Assembly (NCBI RefSeq): GCF_033153115.1
Contig: NW_026889798.1
Coordinates: forward strand, 1,302,001-1,366,000
DNA from: Saccostrea echinata
Taxonomy: Eukaryota
DNA length: 64,000 nt
Direction: 5' to 3'
Within the stretch, counting starts at the first letter, position 1, and each line of letters starts with the position of its first letter. The position numbers and the translations under genes were made by a program. The notes below the pieces were generated by a model. The model searched no databases and was not told the origin of the DNA. It was given only the letters and a program-made list of their open reading frames with translations. Positions 1 to 13,036 of this stretch are shown one piece after another.

Positions 1-572
1 CTATGTGGCTTTATTACCTATGGGCGAACCATTTTACTTTGGCATAAAATTCAAATTAGTAATTTAAAGCTTGGGGTTTTTAGAAAGAATTAATGAGATC
101 TTAGTAATCCTGTATGACTTGTCTAATTGTTTATAGTAGAGATATAATGGAAGAAAAAAAATCCTTTAAAACAATTTCTTGCTCAAACACAACAGGATTT
201 CTATAATTCAGATGAGCTTTGTGGCCCATAGGCTACTTAATAGTTCACCTTTGCCAAAGTACACATCAAGGTTAAAATATTGAGAGAGAGAGAGAGAGTT
301 GTTGGGACTTCTACCTCATGGTGTTTGAGATATTATCAATATTCCAGATATATACACCTTGTCTCAGTGTCTCTAAAGTGTGTTCTGTATGATACACTTT
401 TAGGCCACAATTATAAGTTTCCATGATTTACATATCCTTTTGAGAATGGGAAAAAGTATGAGTCATGTAAGCCTTGTGACCCAGGGGCATCATATATTTT
501 CATTTATAATAATATATTTCATGTAAAAATGGTCTTCATCTGATCTTTATAAAACTTGTTAATATATTTTAG

Positions 573-809
573 GCCCAGCATTAATGTATCATCAGAACTA
601 TGATGCTCAGGCTCCTTGGGGCTTCCATACAGAAAATGCAATCCAGCCACAAGGGCAAACAACACCACAGCCATTTTTACAGCAACAACAGCAACAGCAT
701 CAACAACAATTAATTAATGAACAAAAAGAGCGATTGACACCACATAAAAATGAAGCCTTTATGACATCTAAGCAGCCTCACTTGAATCAGCAGATGACAT
801 ACACTTCAA
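573..809 (+). CDS. Internal exon 1 (in-window) of a multi-exon gene; Gln-rich low-complexity segment
   Basis: Acceptor atattttAG (571-572), donor GTatga (810). Phase 1-1, open frame PALMYHQNYDAQAPW...QQQQQQHQQQ...QMTYTS. Paralogous to exon 3312-3533. Confidence 0.8.
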
Positions 810-3311
810 GTATGAATGTTTTTTTTTCTCAGTAACAACCAGTAAATTAAGTAAGATCCTGGAGTGCTCAGATTACCCTTTTCACATTTTTTGCTTTTTT
901 GGTGTCTTGAACATTTTTGACTGAAGAACCACAACATGTTTACATATATCCAAAGGAATTAGGTTTTAAAAAGCACATAAATCAATTCCTTTTAGCTTAG
1001 ATTGAAAACAAAGTCCTCTCTGATGAAGGGAGAGAGGCTCCTAGTGTTCAAAAAGGTCATCTGGTTTAAGATCTGCGAGCCCAATCATCAAATAATTTTG
1101 CAACTGTCACCACTTTGTGTTGTTTCAAGTTTATCATGTTGTAGTGTGGTTTTCGGGTATGCATTGATGTCTTGCAATCACGAATCCGCCTATCGTGACT
1201 TACATTGCTGAGATCATGACGCCTAGTCAAATAAATATGTGGAACAACATACCACAGAATTGTTTCCAAAACGCGTCTCTAAGCACCGGATTATTATTAT
1301 AGCACTGTCCTCATCGGGGTAAAATTTGTTACAATTTGTTACAATCATGAAACCAAACTACACTATATAAACAAATGATAGTTATCAATTTGATTTCTCT
1401 ACTTTGATTTTCTTAAAACATATTTTGTATATCATACATAAATAGAGGGCTATAGAGGAAAAACGAGTACAACCAGACTTTTGTGACTGGAGTGAGCATT
1501 GTAGCTTATAGGCTTTCTTGTTAGCTAAAGGTTTAGTAAGCTTTTCTTGTCAATGTGTGTCCCTGTCTGTTGTTTGCTTCTGTCATTTTTAAAAACAATC
1601 TAACTTCTCCTCCAAGACAACCAGAGAACATGCTGTTAATCATTCTAAAGTGAAGAAAAGTCGGGTTGTTCAAAGGAATAGACACACACCCTGTCAAGGG
1701 GACTTAATTAGGAAACATTGATCATTAAGTTTGGTCATTTCAGAATCTTCTTCTCAAGAACCATATTAGAGAAAGGTGAATCTTATATGAAAGATTCCTA
1801 AAATTGAATGCATAATAAGACGGCGGAATGGATGAGGCTATATTTCAGCATTGAATAATTAAAGCTTTGGTTTATTAGGTTATCTTTATTCGCTCAATAC
1901 AAGCGGGGTTTGCAGGAAAAATTCAAATAATGCCTTCTAAGGCTTCAGGTTCAATGCCACAATAAGTGTTCACATTTTTACATGAGAATAAATAGAAAAA
2001 GAACAGCGAGGTCATGATTAGTGCGATTAAAGCTGAACATTTAGGTAGAAATTTATCCTTGATCGCCATACTCTTCGTTCGCCTCTTTTTTTTTCTTTTT
2101 CGTCCCTATAAAGGCATCTGCCTTTAAAGCAGTTGATCAGAAGGTCGACCAGTTTGAGGGCATTTGGAATATTTAATGTTAAGTGTGTGACAACATTTTG
2201 TCTTTTTGGAGACATTCGGGGTTCTTGCCACAGTGTTGTGGGCGTTTCCAGCCAACAGTAACTGCAGTGCGCTGTTGTCTTTATTAGGTAGCCTAGGCAG
2301 CCTGAACACAATATGATAAACGAAAATTTGATATTTTATTTTTCTTATTAAATATCTTAAGATATCAAACAAGTCCAAAATACATAAATTTTGTAGCATT
2401 TTCATCAGAGTATGTATTGATGTCTCGCGAATAGGAATACACCTAGTTTACAATTAGGTCAATCAACCATGAATTACAAGGAATGCGTATGAATCTTGCA
2501 ATTCAAAGTTGCTTACCGAAAGATCATTAATAAAAATATTTCTGACAAAATACATATATACTTAGAGATGTGTATATTTTGAAGAAACTATGATAATACT
2601 GTTACCATTACGAAGTGTTTTGGAGTTATAGAGGTATAACCCCTGCCCCCGCCCCCCAGCTTTTACACGCATTTTGATGATAATTAACAAATCGTTAGCA
2701 AATGTGAAAGGATTCATATGGGTAGGAATTTTTTTGCTGGAACAGCTTGGCAATGGCAACAGTTTGTCAAATCATTATGCAAACTTTGTCAGGCAGTGAT
2801 ATTCAATTTAGTTAATTTCTTTTTCTAGGATTGAGCAATATAAAACGGTTCTTTTTTGCAAAGGACTAATTAAATATGCGATAAAGATTTAAGAATCCTT
2901 ATATAATGCAGACGTAAAACTGTTCTAGTCATTTTGCCAGTAGAAAGAACATTCTATTGGTAAAAATACTTATAAATCATATCAAAAATGTCATGAAAAA
3001 ATTTAGGAAACATTAGTTGGATCAAAATACTACAAGTAGTATTTGTGCACAGTGTTATGCGCTTTCAAGTTTGAATCACCCCTTCCTAAATTAAAGTAGG
3101 AACTGCAATAAGGATCCAGTACTGATCTTTTATGAGTGACTCTTCTTGGGGCATAATAACTAGTACATGTATGGGCTTCATTGATCTACAAGTTCCTTGA
3201 CTACAGAAAATGTGACTCAGGGGAGCCTTCAAAGGATATATTTTCTTAGTTTAATAATGATATTAGAAGAATAATTTTTTTTTTTGTTAGAATGTCGTTG
3301 ATTTATTTTAG

Positions 3312-3533
3312 TACCAGCAATATTTTATCCTGAAAACCATGAAGCTCAGGCGTCTTGGAGCATATATCCATTCATCCAGCAGCAAGGGCATACAACACCA
3401 CAACCAGCTCAACAGCAACATCAGCAACAACACTTAATGTCGGGACAAAATGAGCGATTGTCACCATATCGAAATGATGCTTATATGCCTTCTCAGCTAC
3501 CAACATTTAATCAGTACATGGCAACTCCTTCAA
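3312..3533 (+). CDS. Exon 2; Gln-rich, duplicate of exon 1
   Basis: Acceptor tttattttAG (3310-3311), donor GTatga (3534). Phase 1-1. PAIFYPENHEAQASW...QGHTTPQP...ERLSPYRNDAYM...MATPS aligns end to end with exon 1. Confidence 0.8.
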
Positions 3534-4613
3534 GTATGATTTTTCAGTGTTATTTAAATGAATGGGTTTTATTGAAAAAAAATTATAGTCACAGGCATCC
3601 TTGCTGGTTTTTTTTTTTTTTAGAATATTTCTAAACGTTTAAGACTGAAAGAAACAACAGCAATATGAAAACTGCTTATTCACAAAATTGTGAATTCTCG
3701 TTGCCCTAGGATCAGGAGGTCTAGTGTTAAGGTTGGGCTTTTTAGGTCATGTATTAAAAATGAATAAATACAGTCACATAGTTATTACAATAAAATATGG
3801 AGATAACGAACAATAATCAAACTCAAAGGTCCATGAAAACAATACAAATTAGGAATAGAGCAAAAACACAAATCCGCTTATAAGCTTTTCAGCTGACAAA
3901 AACTCCAATTTAAACAATATAAGGAGTAAGAACTCTTGTATGAACAGATTTAATTAAGCTTGTTGATAATATATTTTTTTTACCCAGGCCAGAGGCCTAT
4001 GATTGTCTCTTTTAAAAGCTCTTCCAATATCAGTTTATCTGTCCAATTCCCATAACTTTCCAATTGAGCATTACTATTCCTCCACTGCTGATTAAACTTT
4101 AAATAAATGTAGAATATAACTATATTTTGTTTATAAATAAACAGAAAACTTACTAAGTGATGAAAGCAGAGACCCTTCTTCCAGAAGTTTAATTTTAAAT
4201 TCGGGGTCTAAGACCCAGGGTGGGACTAGTTTGGTCCTTGTATGTGTAGGTGTTTGAAGGGCATTTCTTCTCTTGAACTTCTAACAGGATAACTGTGTTC
4301 TTGATTATAATGAGATATCTTTGAAACAGTGCTATCAGTGGCTGTGTGAAATTTTTTAGTGATTGAATTTAAAAAAAAAACTGTAAATTTTGAATTGCTG
4401 CTGTTGGGTAAGTTTTGTAAAGTACCATAATTGATATCATAAATTACCCATTTTCCCCATTATTTTTGCAAAATTAATCTTAAGAACACCATTTCCTTTG
4501 TACTACTATAATGGTTTCGTAAACTGCCCATACTTGTTTGATTTTGGACTATATGCATGCAGTATCAATTTCTTGGTGTACATTTAATACATTGTATGCT
4601 TTTTATAATTTAG

Positions 4614-5352
4614 GTAAAGGATGGGATTCTTTAGACTACAAAACACGACAGCATTTACCACCTTTGATAAAGTTAGATGGCTCTATGGAAAATATGTCTG
4701 CCCCTCCAGCTGGTCCTATGAGAAACATGTCCGCCTCTCATGCTGGCTCTATGGGAAACATGTCTGCATCTCCTGCTGGTCCTATGGGAAACATGTCCAA
4801 CTCTCCTGCTGGTACTATTGGAAACATGTCTGCATCTCCTGCTGGTCCTATGGGAAACATGTCTGCCTCACCTGCTTATACTATGGGAAACATGTCCGCA
4901 TCTCCTGCTGGTCATATGGGAAGCATGTCCGCCTCTCCTGCTGGTTCTATGGGAAACATGTCCGCCTCTCCTGCTGGTCCTATGAGAAACATGTCTGCCT
5001 CTCCTGCTGGCTCTATGGGAAACATGTCTGCCTCTCCTGCTTGTACTATGGGAAACATGTCCGCATCTCCTGCTGATCCTATGGGAAACATGTCTGACTC
5101 TCCTGTTGGTATTATTGGAAACATGTCGGCATCTCCTGCTGGTCCTATGGGAAATATGTCCGCCTCTCCTGCTGGTCCTATGGGAAACATGTCCGCCTCA
5201 CCTTCTGGTCCTATGAGAAACATGTTCAACTCTCCAGTTGATCCTAAGGGGAACATGTCTGCATCTCATGCTGGTTCTATTGGAAACCTTTCTGCCTCTC
5301 CTAATGACTCTATAGGAAACGATCATAGAATTTTTCATGATCTTAACCAAAG
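4614..5352 (+). CDS. Exon 3; 19 x 11-aa GNMSASPAGPM-type repeat
   Basis: Acceptor ataatttAG (4612-4613), donor GTatta (5353). Phase 1 in, phase 2 out, matching neighbouring exons. Lies in ORF 4538-5359. Confidence 0.8.
4679..5320 (+). repeat. Coding minisatellite, 33-bp unit, ~19.5 copies
   Basis: Unit ggtcctatgggaaacatgtctgcctctcctgct, no indels, frequent third-position variation in the exon frame. Confidence 0.95.
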
Positions 5353-5785
5353 GTATTAAGCTCATTAAGATATTAGCTCAGAAATTATAATTTCAGAAAG
5401 GCAAAACCTTCTAGTGGAGGGGTATCAGGAGATAATACTTTGAATACAGGTGATTGTGACTAAGAGGTATGACATGATCAAATGCGATAGTTGTGTGCAT
5501 AAAGTTATAGTCACCCGACTCAGAAGTAAAAGTGTCTCATGGCATAAATATTCTGAAGCTTGACTAGAATTTTATAAATCTTCTTAACCATTTTTCTTGC
5601 CTAGAAATGTTGCAGCCTTCATCCATTTATAAGTAACATTCCACAAGAAAATAAATAATGGGAATATTTGCAGTGTAATTTTTCATCAAGAAGCCTGAGC
5701 ACTTTTTAAAGCTATTTAAAATTGAGCCCCTTTTCTGGTTGCTCAAGGGTTTTAGTTTCATAAGGGCAGTTCTGGTTAATCTTGT

Positions 5786-6281
5786 TTTTAGTTCATCCTA
5801 GCCAAATATTCAAGTGAGCTTTTCTGTTCAAAATGTTTCATTTATTTATTGTCAGCGTCTTTGTTGTTATAAACTTTTCACATTTTTAGCTTCTCCTACA
5901 GAACAAAAGATCAGGGCTAGAGTTTTCTTCTCAAGAACATCCAGGTTATGATGGACTATAAAAATATGCAAGCATTCTCAACAGGTGGAGATTGAGAGAT
6001 TTAAATTGGGACCTTCTTAGGTTTTTCAGAAATAGATTTTTGCAAAGGAATGTAAAGGAATTCTTTCAAGGACTACCGGGACATGACTATTCATATTTTT
6101 GCATGCAAGCATCATCAAGTAGAGAGATCAAATCACGGTCCAGTGAGATAGTTTGGGGCCACAATAATGGATTAAATATCTCACAGGAATGTTTAGGAAA
6201 AAAATCTTTTAAAACCCCTCTTCTAAAGAACATCAAAACCAGATTGATGCAAGTAAGCGTTGTGGCTCAGTGACCTTATGT
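5786..6281 (+). mobile_element. Degenerate Helentron-type non-autonomous element (HINE)
   Basis: Start tttttagttca...caagtgagcttttctg and end gtaagcgttgtggctcagtgacc resemble the better-preserved HINEs at 31828 and 39291. Confidence 0.5.
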
Positions 6282-6544
6282 TATTTAAACCATTTTATTT
6301 AAAGGCTCAGGATGCTAAGTAACTTCAAACTCCTAAATACATGTATGTCGTTTGCATATACTTCTTATTTGGGAAGTGGAAGAAATCAAGTGCACAATCT
6401 TATATTGTGTATAAATGATATAAGTATTTATTTCTGTGAAGAGATTTGTTCAATGAACTTTCAAAAAATAATTACTTGTCTTAAGTAAAAATAACTGTAT
6501 ACCTTTAGAAATAAAAGATAATCATTATTTTCTCTTTATCACAG

Positions 6545-6650
6545 ACCTTGTAGCCAACCTTTAGATCCGATTGATGACAGATTTTCACAGTTTCCAATGA
6601 TTATAGCTGAGAAGAGGAATTATGACGATAGTATCGGGGAGATCGGAAAC
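6545..6650 (+). CDS. Exon 4 (RPCSQPLDPIDDRFSQFPMIIAEKRNYDDSIGEIGN)
   Basis: Acceptor tttctctttatcacAG (6543-6544), donor GTgagt (6651). Phase 2 in matches exon 3; phase 0 out. Confidence 0.8.
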
Positions 6651-6687
6651 GTGAGTAATAATCTGTGGCAGTCAGAATGATTCAATC

Positions 6688-6754
6688 GCCGGAGGTCAGA
6701 TAGTTGGTAGAGCACCTGAGAGGAGATTCAGGGGGGCCGGGTTCGAATCCCGGT
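6688..6754 (+). repeat. tRNA-derived repeat head (SINE-like or pseudo-tRNA)
   Basis: A-box-like tagttggtagagc and B-box ggttcgaatcc; no complete cloverleaf; followed by unrelated sequence starting tgttgaag. Confidence 0.6.
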
Positions 6755-7075
6755 GTTGAAGAGTGAAATTTCCCTTCATAGTGAAACCTCCACTGGAAGT
6801 CTCGCTATAGAGTAAGCCTTCCACCCTAGGGGAATTTCTCACTATATAGCATACGTCTCCCTCAGAGCCATACTTCCCCCAAAAGTCTCAAAACATAGTA
6901 AGTACACAAGGGGGGAATATTCACTTTAGAGTCCTACTTCACTCACCCGGAGGGAAGGCTAAATCTAGAGCCATGTTTCCTCGAAGAGGTCTTGTTCTAG
7001 AGTGAGACCCTCTTCGGTGAATTCCTTATTTGTCTTCTTATTCTTATCCGTCGGAAGTTATTGTATTTTTGGTAT

Positions 7076-7212
7076 NNNNNNNNNNNNNNNNNNNNNNNNN
7101 NNNNNNNNNNNNNNNNNNNNNNNNNNNNNNNNNNNNNNNNNNNNNNNNNNNNNNNNNNNNNNNNNNNNNNNNNNNNNNNNNNNNNNNNNNNNNNNNNNNN
7201 NNNNNNNNNNNN
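7076..7212. other. Assembly gap
   Basis: Run of N. Confidence 1.
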
Positions 7213-8326
7213 GGTATTGTATACATGTATATTTGTTTTGTGCATGCATTTCTTTCTATTAAGAAGGGGCATATACATTTGAAAGAGAAAATAAACATGT
7301 AATGTAATCATGATAATAACAATTTGCAGTTGCAACACACGAATTACCTTCCAGATATTTACATTGCAGACATTCTAAATACGTTCTAGATTACTAATAA
7401 ATATTATAATTGTCACACAGCAGGGACAAATATTAATTAAAATTGAAAGTAAATAAAAAAAACATATAAGTTGAATCAACTTCTTTCCGAAAACTGTATA
7501 AGATATTTTTTGACTTATTAAAATGAAATAAATGTTGAACTATATAAATAGTCCTCTCATCAATTAAATTGGTGTGCACATCAAATCAATTAATGCTTTC
7601 AATTTTATTGAAAAGAGTGTCAATTATGTCGATGAGTGCAATTTAAGAAATTTGATATGCAAAATAAATGAATACATGTAAAAATATTTTCAAACGAGAG
7701 GTTTCTTAACTTTTTATTAAACTTAAACTTTATAAACAGTTCTTTAAAAAATATTTTTTTGAACAGAATTTAAAACCACAGTAACTTCCAAAGTATCTAG
7801 TAAATGAAAATATTAACATTCCACTTGTATTTTACTTATAAAGTGCGTCTTAAACTTTGGCATTCAAAACACCATCACACAGACGGGGAGGTCCTAAGAT
7901 TCAAGTATGATTTTTATTTTGACGTCACAAATGTGTACGCTATAAGCAAAAAATCAGCGTTCACGCTCACATTGAACAGTCTGGCGGAAGTAGCTGTTGC
8001 AATGGCTCTTCCATAGTTCTAACTTACAAGAAGGATAATACAGGGATTTTGCAATATAAATCACTTTTGCAGACATGCGTGGAGTTAAAAATGTAAATAT
8101 AAGCATTAAATTATTATTGTTTGAAAGATGTAATATGTCATATTTAACTACAACAGTTTGCGCTAAAACAATTCATAACGCGCAAACGCGCGTTACTCAA
8201 ATTTGTTTGCGTACACCTTTTACATCTTTTAAATAAATAATTCAATGCTTAAAAGATTTTCTATATACACGCACATTTTTTGACAAACAATATACATGTA
8301 ATTCACATGTAATTGTCTCATTACAG

Positions 8327-8450
8327 AGCATCCTTGCAAAACGCCCAAAGACGGATGCATACACTGACCCTCTTGGTACTTCTGTTAATTATAAGGATTT
8401 GTCTGGAGATGAAGATCGACGGTTGGATTCCGGAAACAATAAAGGTGATG
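8327..8450 (+). CDS. Exon 5 (SILAKRPKTDAYTDPLG...SGNNKGD); basic KRPK motif
   Basis: Acceptor tctcattacAG (8325-8326), donor GTaagg (8451). Phase 0 in matches exon 4; phase 1 out. An assembly gap lies in the preceding intron. Confidence 0.75.
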
Positions 8451-8920
8451 GTAAGGATGTCGATAAATAATCATTTCAAGCAGTTTGGCAATATGTTCAA
8501 GTCGTTCATTCCAATACAGTGCTATTTTCTACCTTCATAACATATAGTTTTTAGAAATAGAAAAGAATTTAAAAAACATTTTAAAAAAATAGAAATAAAC
8601 ATCATCTTATATGTATGGAATGGAGGGTAAAAATGATATAATTTAATCAACTTGATTGACTAAATCAATCCAAGGAAGTGTAATTGTATTTAGATTATTT
8701 TTTGTGAATTGTTTTGATATTCTACATAAACTGTTCACATTTGAGAATAGATATGTAAGAACTCTTTCAGTGAAATAGTAGAATAAATTCTAAACTGTAA
8801 GCATTAAAGTTCATTGCTTTTTTATATTGTCGTTTACAATGTATTATTTTGTGTAGTACTATACAACAACACAATTTTATCCCAGCAGTATCAAGTAAAC
8901 TTGTTTCATGTGTCCCACAG

Positions 8921-9343
8921 ATCCGTTATCAGATTTAACAAAGGATCAGCGTATCGTTCTCTACACCTTGTTCTTATGTCAGGATTACATTGGTAAAATC
9001 TGTATAGATGGCGACGACTGTATTGGTGACATTGATGTCGGGGAGATAATAAAGGAGCTAAGGAATAAAGGTCTGGTGGAACCTAGAATTCCAGGTGACA
9101 GGGTGTACATTTCATTCGAGAAAAGACCTCACATAATGAAATCCTATAGAGAAAACTGCCTGCTGAGTGAAATAGACAAGGACTTCTTCATACAGGTAGC
9201 CTCAAATGGATCCATAGGAAAATATGCTGAGGAGTACTGCCGTCATGTAGATGGTTCTAGAAAATCAGAGGACATCGGTCCTATAACAATGATGAGACTG
9301 ATTGTGGAGGGTCGCGGAAACGAGTTACCCTCCTCTGTAAAAG
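8921..9343 (+). CDS. Exon 6; repeated domain copy 1 (N-terminal part)
   Basis: Acceptor tgtcccacAG (8919-8920), donor GTacat (9344). Phase 1-1. VLYTLFLCQDY..EIIKEL..RPHIMKSYRENCL..VASNGS..EYCR aligns with exons 8 and 10. Confidence 0.8.
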
Positions 9344-10918
9344 GTACATGTGTTTGACCCTAAATATATTATATTATTTGAAGTAATAATCTAAGTATTT
9401 TTTGAAAGAAATATTTTATTATTTATTGAAAAAGAATGCAATACCACTTTCTATAAAAGTTAATTAAAGTTGATGCGGTATATACTATTTTATTTTAAAT
9501 TTTTGTACTTTGCGAACTAAAGCAATGTTAAGCTTTGTTTGTCAAATATGTGTGGTAAGGTGTCCGTCGTTCCTATCTGTGAATAATATTTCAAAGTTCT
9601 ACTCCTGCCACAGTGTGCGATTTCAATAAAACTTGGTATACATGTACAAGTAAACTACACCACGATACATGATTCTGTATAATATCGATTCTTAATTTGA
9701 ACGAACAGAAGTGCCATGGTTTCTAGATCATAGAAATTTCTGCTCTATTCTCTCAAAACGCTTCATCCCCCACAATACTTCTACCATGTTATTAAACCTT
9801 AGTTATCTGTAGACGTAATTATTTGTGTCAGTTTTTGATTCGGAAGAACGGTATAAATTTTACTATGCATATAGTTACTATATGGAAAATTCTGTGAAAA
9901 TAAGTCAAACAAATACTCCCCAACAGTTTTTTTCTGATTAAAAAAGTTTTATACACAACTAAACTTTACAAAGAAACATTACTCTATTTATCCATCGTTT
10001 CCTTTTGATGATCGGTTGATACAGTACTGGATTATGCTTAAATATACAATTTTAGATATCGGTTTTTGATTTTGTCAAACGTTTTAAAGTAACATAGAAT
10101 GAACATTTTGTGATTCTTTTAACGTTATGTTTCCTGCAGACGTGTTTTAATTCCAACAAAATTTGAAACAATTTATACTACAGCACGGTACACATTGGAA
10201 TGTCAATGAACAATGCTAGATGATTTTGAAATTAAAGACCTGGTTCAAGTACTGATTCGAAGTTGAAGTTAGCAGGGATTCTTAACCGAACAATGCTATG
10301 TACAAAGTAATAGAAAAAAATTGAATTTTTAAAAAAAAATTAAAATACATGTAGTGTGTGTAAATCAAAAGAGGAACAAGATTCTACCTTAAACCATTTT
10401 CTGCAATTGACTCTTTGTACGGAACTTAAGGATAGTTGATACTGCACCAACGATGCACTTAAAAAATATCCCCCCCCCCCATGTAATTCTGGAAATACTC
10501 TATGAAATAAGAAATATCGCAGGGATGAAACTATACCCTGGCCTTTATTGTGTATTTTAATTCATTTAAATATTTTAAGAACAAAGAATGTGGGAGCCAT
10601 GATTTCTGTAATATTAGAGAGGTGTCACAGAAGCTACATTAGATATTCAATATTTTGATAACCTAGCTTTTTTAGGCCACTACCTTGTGGTTCATTAATA
10701 TATATTCACTTGGGAGGAGTCCAGTGGCACTCGCGCAAGAAATTCGGGCTTGCATTTGGATATAGGGAAAACATCTGAGGAATTTCAAAAGCATATAAAA
10801 AGATACCTCTAAATTTTATATCCATTCAACGGCTGTTCATTTTTTCTCTCATCAAAATATCTTACTCAAATTAACAATGGCGCACTAACGCAGAATGTAC
10901 TATTTGTTTTATCTGTAG

Positions 10919-11086
10919 ACGAAGTTCCTGCATTTCTCATAGATGACGAGAAAGAATTGGGGAAGTTTGTAAAATTTTGGTGCAAAGCTAGAAATGCAGA
11001 CCCTGTGACATTGTCGGACCAAATTCCTGATGAGAAAATTAAAAAATTTTATTCTGCTTTTACCATCCTTTCAGGACTTAAGAATG
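10919..11086 (+). CDS. Exon 7; repeated domain copy 1 (C-terminal part)
   Basis: Branch point cactaac (10883), acceptor ttttatctgtAG (10917-10918), donor GTgagt (11087). 168 nt, phase 1-1, open frame DEVPAFLIDDEKELGKFVKFW...LSGLKN. Confidence 0.8.
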
Positions 11087-12038
11087 GTGAGTGCTCTCTA
11101 TGAATATAATGAACTAAAACTTACTAGTATATCAGTTGCAAGATGACTTGACTGCTAATAATTGTATTAAATAGTCCAAGAAATGTTCTACTTCTCATTT
11201 TTTCCTTCGCTCACCGTTCAGCATGCGCTCACCCTTCAAGTTTGATATTCACCAACCGCTTGCCTTCACTGTTCACTAAACATACAGCGTTTGCTTACCG
11301 TACGTTTATTTACGTTCAGCGTTCACTCATCGATTAGTCTTTGTTTCTTCGATGTCATTCGGTAACTCCGAAGTGAAGAGTAAATCTTTCTAAAGGTAAA
11401 ATGAGCGTATGTGCAAGACTTTACAGATTTCGAAATTCAATAGTGGACTTTTATTGTGTTTTTTTTAATAAAACAATCATGATTTTATGAAAAATATTAT
11501 CTACAGTATTATTTATTATTTGATTAACTTAACTGTACGTTATTTATTAATATAATCTACAAAATAAATGTTGCTGTGAGTATATTTAGTTAGAACAAAG
11601 CTGACAGATTAAATTAAAATAGGGCAATTTCAAGCGTCGCGACATTTTGTAAACATCATAGACGACAAAACATTGTAAGAGAAATGATGGTCTAAGTCAA
11701 TTGATTAACCACATGCAGCATAATTACAAACATATTCATTTCTGACATGCTATACATTTACTATAGAAATACACGTAAGAATTAGTTCTTAGAATTATAG
11801 ATACCAATACGAATATTCGCGGTGAGATGTACATTAATAGTGTGATTAAAAATTATTTATAGAAATTGTAATACATTAAAAAAAAGCAAATTTTTCGTGG
11901 AGCTGAAAGGGAATGTCTTTTCCCTTTACATGTAGTCGTAGTCTACGGTTATAGAGAAAAAAATTCCCTTCCTACACTGTAAATATGTATACTAGTATAT
12001 GTTTGCTGTCTGATCTAATTAAGGGGGGCTTACACGGA

Positions 12039-12075
<37 letters not shown>
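12039..12075. repeat. (CT)n microsatellite
   Basis: Direct observation. Confidence 0.95.
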
Positions 12076-12076
<1 letters not shown>

Positions 12077-13036
12077 GTATAATTTGTTGGTATATACAAA
12101 TCTATGACAATATATTACAGGTACTTAAATATCAATCTCGATAATTTAAATCTATAATAAATAATATAAATGCCTCTTTGTATCATCTTGTCCAAATATA
12201 AATCAGGGGGAGGGTGGTGACCAACAATAGTAGTCTGTCAATAAATGTTTTGTTATACCTTTTATTTATTATTATTATTATATTATTATTTTTTTTGACA
12301 TACATGTATGTCGAACACCAACGAATGCAAATGAGATTTAGATGACCCGGGCCATTGTGTGACGTAAGCGGTCCAACATCTCATCGACAGGTCCAATATC
12401 TCACTCCGCAGTCAAACATCAATTTTTAATGCCCGCTCAGTAAAACATTGGAAATGTTAGACTTTTTTTTAATATTGATTTATATCTGAACAGATTTTTA
12501 AAGGTACAACAATTCTAATTGTGACATTATTTACTATATCAGACGAATCACTTTTGTAAAGAAATATGTCTGTAATTCATTCCAAATATCGGTCATCTCC
12601 TGTTCTAAAAGCTTCAACATTTGTAATGGTTTTATAGACCTAATGAAATTAACCATATCTATTTTACAGCTAGAATTATTTTTGTTCATTGTAACTGAGA
12701 GAGTTCGATATTAGTTGCAAGGTTCTACGACTATCATTTTTTGTGACTAAAGAGCTTAGTTTAAACATATCTATGTGCAGGAAATATTGTAAGAAATATA
12801 AATATGCAAACATAATGTGCATGTACTGTTCATCTATCATCTTTTTTACATCAATACGGGATTATTCTTTTACCCTCCCCCTGAAATGGAAGGGGTTTTT
12901 TGGGTGGGGAAGGGGGGAGGGGGGTTAGGAATCGCCTTGTGCTTCTGTGTGGGCAATCTTGTCTGGGTTATATCTTTGTTATAAAAAACACCGGAAGCTC
13001 ATAAGTGGTACATAGATTGCTTATGACCGAGGGGTG

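Noticed and set aside
4621-5256. Alternative-frame ORFs (Cys/Trp-rich, Leu-rich, antisense) over the 33-bp repeat
   Set aside because: By-products of a stop-poor repeat; only the 4538 frame fits the splice phases of flanking exons and stays open throughout.
6997-7338. Several ORFs spanning N-runs
   Set aside because: Artefacts of the assembly gap.
8100-8251. Short inverted-repeat element (taagcatt..aatgctta) and similar degenerate repeats at 1050-2330
   Set aside because: Probably old MITEs, but boundaries and family cannot be supported by eye.
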